From Tubulanus polymorphus (Eukaryota > Animalia > Nemertea): a DNA stretch of 64,000 nt. Position 1 is the stretch's first letter; every line of letters begins with the position of its first letter. The notes beneath the pieces were generated by a model, which was given only the letters and a program-made list of their open reading frames with translations, had not been told where the DNA came from and did no database searches. The stretch is from contig NC_134029.1 in the NCBI RefSeq assembly GCF_964204645.1, positions 22,810,950-22,874,949 on the forward strand. The letters run 5' to 3'. Position numbers and translations under genes: made by a program. This document shows positions 14,201 through 24,100 of this stretch, in pieces.

Positions 14201-15101
14201 GTCTATAGAATTAAGGTAGACCCCGATTTATGCTTACTTTTCCGGTGAAATCCCAAATGTACGGAACAGTTCTTAATTTTATTGCTAAGTATTTCGTGCT
14301 GGAGTCTTTTCATAAAAGAAGTTTATGTTAATTTTTGTTTAAGATTGCGACCGAGTCACAGTTATCAGATAGAGCCCACCTTGAACAACGTATCGAAGAT
14401 TTACAAAACAACATGAAAATCGTAAGTATCTAAACACATATAATATACAGGTACATGTATATCCAATGATTTTCATGATGGTAATGATTTCGTTTCGTGA
14501 TATATTTTTAGATCGAAGTCGAAAGAGATGATCTAGGCTCGAGGGTAACGTCGTTGAGAGAACTGTTAGGATCGCTCGAGGAGAAACTAAAAGATCAAGT
14601 TCAACTTACGAACGCCGCGCGAGACGAAGCAAACCAGAACAAAGGAACAGCCGGACACATGAAGTAATTTCAATTTATCTCGGTTTTAAAACGATATAAT
14701 AGCGATGAGATTAGAATCAGAACTAGGGTCCAGTTTTACGATCAAAAGTTTAAGTAAAATATTTGGTTTAGTTGCCATATTTTCAATCACTTAATCAATT
14801 TAGGCTTAAACTTTTAACTGGACCCAGGACTCAATAATTCCTTTACTGAGTACACTTTTGAGTGGGTTATAAAGCCTAGTGCTGAGAATTAACTGAAACC
14901 AAAAATCATAGTTATGAATTTACCAAAGGAAAATTGTAAGAGGATTTTGACATTTCAACTAAAATTCTAAGAGCTATTTTCATAAATGGATTTATTCTCC
15001 CAATAGCAATATAGTAACGATAAAATAAGCTGTAGCAGCTAGAATATACGGGTTATTAGTGAGCAGTTGATTCAAACTGATAAATTTTAAACGTATCATT
15101 A

Positions 15102-15132
<31 letters not shown>

Positions 15133-18100
15133 GTTATTATTATTATTATTACTACTGTTATTACTTCTATAATTATTATAATTTTTTCAGGTGCAGTGAC
15201 TTGTACAGCCTCTAGGCTTTCACTGCTTCCTTCATTTACTGTTATTTCTCTTCACTATTGTCGTTATTATATCTTGTACTTTAAGTTAAATGAAAAATAA
15301 ATTATTATTATCGTTGAACAGATTGTTAGCGGAACAAGCAGAACGTTCCCTGGACGAACAACAGAGACGAATGATTCGTCGAGAAGCCGACCTACGATCG
15401 GCGCAAGATAAAATCAACCTGCTCGAAGATCGTATGAAAGATATGATTCGTATGCAGGAAGATTCGCGCGACGAATCGATCAAACTACGACAAACGATCA
15501 GCGAACTCGATAAAGAGAAGGACATGTTACAAGTAGCGGTCGACGAGAAAACGGAACGACTCGCGGGGGCCGAGGACGAACTGGCGCAGAAAAATCAACT
15601 GTGCGGCGATCAACGAATGCAAACATCTGAGCTAGAAAATAAACTAAAGTAAGTGGAAAAAAAAAAACAATTTTCATGTTCTACTCCTGAAAACAAGAGA
15701 ATTTTATGATCTCTGATTGGAGAAATATTCCCATAAATGTAATTACGGCTCCTACAATAATGGGGAAATTAGTTTGGATGGGAATTTGATAGATAATTTT
15801 TTCTAATCTGGGAAATATTTGGGATATTTGTTTTACACATCGTGTGTTCATAGTTCTTGGGTGTCAATTGTTTGCCTGCACAGAGCAACTTTTTCAGCGA
15901 TTTTCTCGAAAATTACCGTTTTGTCAACCAATCACCATTAAAAATTGTACGACCATATGTACACTTTTAATGAAGGTCTCTTTTCCATTTGGAATAATTG
16001 AAAAATCACCCGGATGATTCTTTAATAATTTTGAATTCATGTCCCTAAATAATGTGAATTATACGTATCTCTGACCTCTTTGCTTCAGACATACGAATGA
16101 AGGTCTAGCTTACAAAGAACATGAAATTACCAGTCTACGCCGACAGTTAGACGCCGCGCAGCGCGATAATTCAGAATTGAGTCGAGCTCGAGAGGGTGCG
16201 TTACGCGAAAACAGACGACTACAGGAAGATCTCGCCGTCATGACTAAAACTAATCAGGTACGTAATACTTTATTTTCGGAAATAGTTTTGTCTTTGTACC
16301 TTAGATTTTGAGAGACTAATATCGCGTTTGAATTTGTAGGGGTTGAACACTGATTTAGACGATGCTATGGCTGAGACTTCAGAATTCCGAAGTCAAGTTC
16401 AGGATTACGTCAGTGAAGTGAAGAGAGTCGAAGAATTATTAGCTCAAAAGGTAGATTTCGTTTGTTTAGTATATGGTTCCCCCAGGGGTCATTCATTTAT
16501 TACGTACGCATTAGGGGAGGGAGGTCTGTGCAATTGCGTACTGTAATGCTTAATGTATATGAAATGTATATGAAAAAATGGCCGATTTTGGGTACAGAGG
16601 GGGAGGGGGGTTGAAAAATTCAAATTTTATGCGTACGTAATAAATGAACGATCCCCCACAGTACTGGGAAATGGAGGGAAAAATTGGGGAATTTTGAAAT
16701 GGTATTTTCGAGTTCAGAAATATTTGGCAATTTCATCGATTTTTCACAATGATTAAATTCACCTTTATTTTCTATTTCTAGGAGGAAGAACGAAGCGATT
16801 TATTGGAACAATACCGACAGTTGAGTCTGGAAGCCGATCGATTCCAAGCGGAAGCTCACCAGCTCGAGAGCGAAGGATCGACGCTTCGTTTAGAGGTTCT
16901 AAATAAAGAGGGCGACGTTCGTCGATTGAAGGATCGTATTGAACAGCTGGAGAGAGAGATCAGCGAGGTGATTGATTCTAGGAAATAATCTAAAATTGTT
17001 CAGACTTCGCACTAGACTTGTAAAACTCTACAAAAATGTGTCTAAATATTTGCTCTCCCTTTTTATGCCATATCCCTTTTTATGTCCAGAATAGACTTAA
17101 ATTCTATGCACCACAAGCTGTGTTAAAAGAGTATGAGAAATCTTATTTGAATCTGTCCAGATTGTGATCAGTGTGGCGCGTATCAGTTATTGTATTTTGC
17201 CATGAAAAAATGTTGAAATCCTGGTACATAGTTTGAAAAAAAAGCCAATTGTAAGGATGTTGAATAATATGTGAAAATTCCTGACTTCCACAATCTGACC
17301 CCTGATATTGCTCTAATCAGACACATTTTGATTTCAACTTGAATGGAGTTAACTTATACAAAATATTATTCTGTATACAAAATAAAATTATATAATGAAA
17401 ATTCTGTATATGAAATTTATGATTGAGCTATTTGCGAAGCGTTTCAGCTAATCTACTCATTAAAACGTAACATATTGATTTCTCCTTTTCAGAGTCGTCG
17501 TGCTGAACAGCAATACGAACTGCAGGTGTCGAATTTGACGAAATCCGTCGCGAATCTGGAGGGAAATAATCGCGACGTTGAAGAAGAGAGACACGGTCTG
17601 TTACGGGACGTCGCTGCTGTTCGAGATCTGTGTTCAAGACTGGAAGCGAATAAAGATCAACTTCAGAGACAACTGAATAACAAAAACTTAGACGTCGAAC
17701 AGGTAAAAATATCTATAGCGAACTCTGCTTTCTTTATAGATAGGTTTTAGAAGGGCGACCAACCCATGAAAACCAGCCACCTCAGTTCAAAAATCTGCTG
17801 CCCTATTAGTTGATGTCAATGTGTTATCTATCTATGCCTAGTCAGAACAATAAGGGATCATTCATCTATTACATACGCATAAAATTTGAATTTTTCAACC
17901 CCCCCTCCCCCTCTGTACGCAAAATCGGCCATTCTTCCATATACATTAAGCATTACAGTACGCAATTACACTGACCCCTCCCCTAATGCGTACGTAATAA
18001 AATGAATGACCCCTAATAGCCTTGTTAGTGGTGGGTTAATGTGAGTTTGCATCCGAAATTAAGCTTCACTTCCCATAGATTTGTTGTAACCTATAACCTC

Positions 18101-21100
18101 AAAAAGCTTTGCGTTTGGTGTACACAATATTACGCTTGAAAATGAATACGGCTACTCTAAAATCCCAGCATAACGAGAGCTAGCGTTTGAGTACCGGTAA
18201 AACTTGTTTCACTTCATCGATAAGTATGAGAATGTGCGACTAAAATCTGAACCGAATTTGTTTTAATCGCAGTTACAAAACTCGATCGATGAACTGAACC
18301 ACGAAATAGACGTAATGAAAGCTCAACTGAGCAGCGAGAAAGCGAACGTACAAAACCTCGAGGATATCATTCAGAATAACAGAGAGAAAGAGTTCAGCGC
18401 TCAACTGTCGACTCAGGAAAAATCAGCTGAAGTTCAACTACTCAAAGACCGATTAGATAATAACGAAAGTAAACTGTAAGTTATTCCGCCGCTGAATTTG
18501 CAGCTCAATTTTTTACGACGTTGCTCTATATTTCGATGCATTATTTGAAAATTCGTATTTTTTTTCTAGCGACGCTCAAAGTCGGGAATTATCGCAGCTG
18601 AGAACGAGAAACCTCGAAATTGAAACCGAATGCGAGAGTCTTAGACGTCAACTAACTGCTGAGAGATTCGAAAAGTGAGTTTCGCAATCATAGAACGAAA
18701 ATATGGGAACTAACCGTATTCTGATGAATATTATCATTATCGTTACTACAAATCATTATTACAAAGCACTTTATTCAAATTAGGCTCCAAAGCGTTGTAC
18801 ATAAAATCACAAATTTTAGATTGATTATCGACCTAACTTGTATCACATTTACAGACAAGGCAACTATTAACTTAAAAAATGTCTTAAATGAAAATGAGTT
18901 TATAAAGCAAGCTTAAAGTCATGAAGTCTGCAGGTCTGCCTTATGAAACTGGGAACAATGTTCCATAAAACCGATCCTACTTGGGGATAATGATCTAAAT
19001 AATATATCCTTTATGTATGATAATATTGGACAGAAGAAAGACCTTGATCCGATGACCGTAATATGGCATACATTTAATGGAAAACTATTCTTTCAGAGAG
19101 AGATGTATCCAGGAACTGAGACGTACGGGTATCACGCCACCGGCATCGGCTCGTGCGCCCGTATCGACGTCACGAGGATCTTACAGTCCTGTGAGGTATG
19201 AGCCCGCTGAAATCTCCACTATTCGCGATATCGAAGCCTCCGCGTCCATTACTACTACTGCGCCCAAAGAATTGCCCCCAGATCTTTATAGGTGATATAT
19301 TTTTTTCGAATAATGCATACAATAGTCATCCAGCACGGTGTAGGTGCTACAGCTCACTGTATTATAATCCTCGGTATTGGTATAACGGTATGTATAGTCA
19401 CTATATCACCTTCCGATTTCCAAAAAAGTGCACTCCAAAATTTTCGCTTCTTGAAGAAATGTTTCTTAATATTTCCATCGAGTACTGTACCCTTTCCTAT
19501 GGTTTTTGCCAATATTTTCTAAATTTGGATTTATCGCCAATGGTTTTTCTATACGACCCGGCCCTGCGGTATTGCATTTAGCCACCGGCGAAATCCGCCA
19601 TCTTTTTTCTTGGCGTTCTCGCAGTAGAACGCGTTGGATTTTTTCGCCGTAAAAATCTGGGAATTAGGATATTAGGGAGTTTTCACTCTCGTAACGGTGA
19701 GTCCGTTCGGTTTGGGGGTTATCCCTGATTTCTTTTTTTCCGTAAGAATTTTATTTACAAATATAATTTGATTGAATTGAATTGAATTGTTTTGATTTGT
19801 AACAGGATAATTATGCCACCCCCTCCTAAGGGTCAGCATCGTGGCGGGGAGGGATGCGGGCATTTGTTTGGCGCCTGGGACAACCACGATTCATGTGCGT
19901 CGTGCAGGCGCAAATCCGGTCAAATATGTGCAAGGAGCAATCCTTGCAATATTTGCGTCGTGTGGTCCGAGGACCTTTGGCTTCGGGCCGATAAGGCTCT
20001 TAAACTAAGAGATCGTCGTCGAGTTAGCAGGGATTCGTCGGTTTCGGCCGATGTGCCAACCGACGTTTCTAATCCTGTTTCTTATCGTAAAGCGGAGCGG
20101 TCGCCGGTCGTTCAGGTACGATCGGCTTCCCAACTCCGTTCACCGGGGAAGAACGCTGGTTCACCGGCACCGGTCTCCGGTCATTCACCGGTCTCTGGTC
20201 GTTCACCGGTTCGGCCGGTTCGGCCGGTTCAGACTACATGTTCGGAACCGAGCGCGCGCCGCGGTAGTCGCGAACGGCCCGCACCGGTTCGGTCGGTACC
20301 GGTCCGGTCCGGGTCGGGCATCGGTCCGGTTCGGTCCGGTTCGGCCACCGGTCCGGTCCAGACGTCGTCCGGTACAAAACATCCGGTACGTTCATCGTCT
20401 GATTCTGATCGTCGCTCCGGGGATAGAGCTCGCTCTCCCACTAGATTTAGACGCCGGGAGCGTAATAAACGAGCAAGATCTCCTTCTCGCAGATCAAGGT
20501 TTGATCGCGAGAGGGACTACGATCGTTATTGTCGGAAGTTTCGCCGTCGGTCTTCTCATCGTTCGTCGACGTCGGTTAGCGATGAAAGCGATTCTTCTAG
20601 TAGGTCACGATCCCGTTCGAGGGACCGTCACCGAAGTCGGCATGATCGTCGGGATACTGGAAAATACCTGACTCAGAAGGATTTCCATGTATTTGAGGAG
20701 AAAATTTTAAACTTGTTATCTTCGTCGCAACAAGTCGCTGCAACTTCTACAACAGGTAAGCCTATTCCTGATTGTCCGGTTAGAAGTTCGCCAGCCCACT
20801 CAGTTTTTCGGAATTCTGACTCTGAATTCCTGGATGCTGCGGTAGGGTCTGATTTCAATGAGGATCCGGTCCCAGAGGCGGCAATTCCTTCTGGGGTCGT
20901 TCCTGTCGCAAGCAATTGTGGGTTGCCCCAGACGATGGGGGCTTCCCTGGCTCGCAATGTATCTCCGTCCCGTTCAGTTTTATCCGAACCAGCGGGGGAC
21001 ATGCCATTTAGAGCGATGATAAGTGAGTTCTTTGTCAAGCACGGGGCAACTCGCGCTAAGCCCACAGCAGCTCCTCTGGTCGGTGAGTCAATGGAAGCTT

Positions 21101-24100
21101 ATCGCCCTCCGGACTCCGATCTTAACGTTTTACGGGAATCGTCAGCGGTTTCAAGAGAATGGGCTCGATTGGATACGCAATTATGGGGTGAATGTCGGCC
21201 TGGAACTTTTTCATTTCCCCCTCCAGAACGGGGTATGAAATCTGGGAAATATTTTAGTTCAACCGATCCACCTATAGGCGCATTTCGCTCGGCGTATTAC
21301 GCAACTCCAGGTGCTGTGGATCACAGTCATAACTGCCTGGATGCTGATTATACTTTGATCAGCCCGGATACTGTTACAGCACAGTCGGGTATTCGTTTGC
21401 CTAAGTCCGGTTTGGTGGCCATGACGTCAATCCTGGACAATCTTACCAGGGTTGGTTCGTTTCAAGATATGGCACTTAAGGTGTTGACGGGTGAGCTTCG
21501 CGAGACTCACGCCGCCGTTCATGCGGGCTCCGACCCAGAGTCAGTTGCCCTAAAACTGGAGGGAATGGACCGGATTATCCAATCTTTGGCTCGGTCTGTT
21601 TCGCATGTAATTCCGTTGTCGGTTCGGGGTCAGGCTAATCTGGTGTTAGCCTCCCGTCAGTCAGTGATGGACTCCAGTGCCAAAACTCGTCTACCGGATA
21701 TGGTGTCCAATGCTTTGCTGAGAGCCCCATTGGGGACGTCTTCACGTCTCTTCTCCGGTTGGTGCGCTCCGGTTTCCGCAGAGCTGAGGAAGATTCGGGA
21801 GGTTCAGGCCAAGTCCAACCCCCGAACTCCGTGGAAAAAGCGTTCTGGTCCGACGCCGGCGGCGCAAGGTTCGGCACGGACGCAAACAGGACCATCTCAA
21901 ACTTCAGCGCTTTCTCAGGCGGCTTCGGATGCCGGTTGGAGAACTAGCGCGCAACTTCAACAATCGTGTCAAGCCTCGTCCGGTCGTAACAGTTCCGGTT
22001 CGTATCGAGGCAAGGGGAAGGCTCCAAAAAGGGGCTCTTCCTTTCGGAAAAACTCGAAATGAATTCTTGGGACCAGTGGGAGGTTGTCTGCAGCAGGCAG
22101 CAACCCACTGGTCCGACCTCTTTGGAGACGGTTGGCCCTCCCGGGTCGTCTCTCGGGGCTACCGTCTCTGTTTCCTAAGGCGACCGCGCCTGATGAGGTC
22201 ACCTCCCGACATGCGGCCAAAACCAGGTCAGGAGGCCTTAATCTCTCCGGCTCTCAAGGAACTGGCAGAGAAGGGAGCGATAGAACCAGTTTGCAACGAA
22301 ACTTCTCCCGGCTGGTTTTCTCGAATATTCATGGTACCAAAGGCCACAGGGGGTCAACGGACAGTGATAGATCTGTCATCCCTCAATCGGCACCTAGACA
22401 TTCCAAGGTTCCGGATGACCAAGCCCAAGGACGTGATTCAAGGGCTCCGTCCGGGTCAATGGGCGGCTTCATTGGACCTGAAAGATGCTTACTTTCAGGT
22501 TCCAATTCACCCAAAATCTCGGCGATTTCTCAGGATAAAGTGGAAAGGCCGCCAGTTCCAATTCAGGTCTCTTCCATTTGGCCTCAGTACGGCCCCGTGG
22601 GTTTTCACCAAGTTGGTCAAGTCAGTTCAGAAGGTACTTCAGTCAAGGGGTGTTCGACTGTTCGTTTACCTCGACGACTGGTTAATAGTCGCGAATTCGG
22701 CTCAGGAATGTCGGGAGGCAATGACCTCAGTCTTGGACTTAGTCCATCAGCTAGGGTTCCGCGTAAACAGGGAAAAATCTCAGTTGACGCCGGCCCAACA
22801 GTTCACTTATCTCGGCATGGACTTCGATCTCCGAATCGGCAAAGTCTTTCCGTCTATGGTTCGAGTGGCCAAACTTCAAGAAGCTGTAGCGGGAGTGTCC
22901 ACAACCCCGAGAACAGCTCGTTACTGGTCACGGCTTCTAGGCTCCATCAGCTCCATGGGTCTGGTGGTGCCCTTAGGCCGCCTCAGAAGCAGGCGCTTGC
23001 AACAATATTGGAAGGTCTTCTGGTCTCAGTCGAAGGGCAACTGGGAGGCCTTGATTCCCGTACCTCCAACCGATCTAAGTCCGGATCTTCAGTGGTGGGC
23101 GGCCACTACGAATCTTCGGCTCGGGGTGTCACTAGCCCCGTTAGAGGCTCCAGTTCGTGTATTCACGGATGCCAGTCACCAAGGTTGGGGGGCACATCTG
23201 GAGAACCGAGTCAAAGCCGGGAAATGGTCTCGCTACGAGGCCACCAACCACATAAATTTCCTAGAAATGCTGGCCGTGTGGAAGGCCCTGAAGTTCTTTC
23301 ACAGGAGAGTGGAGGGCCACCACGTTTGGTTAGCCACAGACAATTCAACAGTGAGGGCTTACCTTCAGAACCAAGGGGGCACTCACTCAGAAACCCTCAC
23401 AGGTCTGTCGGCCAAAATTCTTCTTTGGTGTCAGACAAAGGGCGTGTCCCTGACTGTGGCACATTTAGCAGGGAAAAGGAACGTGATGGCCGATGCTCTG
23501 TCTCGTCGAGGTCAGGCTATTGCGACAGAATGGGTTCTCCACCAAGAAGTAGCCGATCGGGTTCGGGGCATTTTTGGCAATCCGCTGCTGGATCTGTTTG
23601 CCACCCGGTTCAATCGGAGGTGTCCTCTGTTTGTGTCCCCGTTTCCAGACGCGGAAGCGTGGGGGGTCGATGCCTTCTCTCTGGACTGGTCGGGGATGCA
23701 TGCGTATGCGTTCCCGCCCACACCAGTCCTGCCGCGCTTACTGGATCAAATAGAGAGATCAGTCAATTGCAACATAGTTCTGGTAGCACCATGTTGGCCG
23801 GCTCAGAAATGGTTCCTACCACTTCTCAACCTACTGTGCGACAACCCCAGGATTCTTCCGAATTTCCCATCGCTTCTGTCTCAGGGGATCTTTCGGCATC
23901 ATCCAAACAGCCAGTGGTTAAATCTGCTCGCCTGGCCATTGTCCAGCGATCCTTGTCAGCTTCAGGCTTTTCAGAACAGGCTGCCTCCTTTATCGCAGGA
24001 TCTAAGCGGCCATCAACAAGTACCATTTACGATGCCAAGTGGAGTCATTTTGCGGATTGGTGTGCTGCAGGGGAAATTGATCCATGCTCACCCTCTGTAG

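Noticed and set aside
20150-20390. Short repeats as a possible CRISPR-like array
   Set aside because: No constant repeat with unique spacers; this is a coding low-complexity repeat in a eukaryotic retrotransposon.
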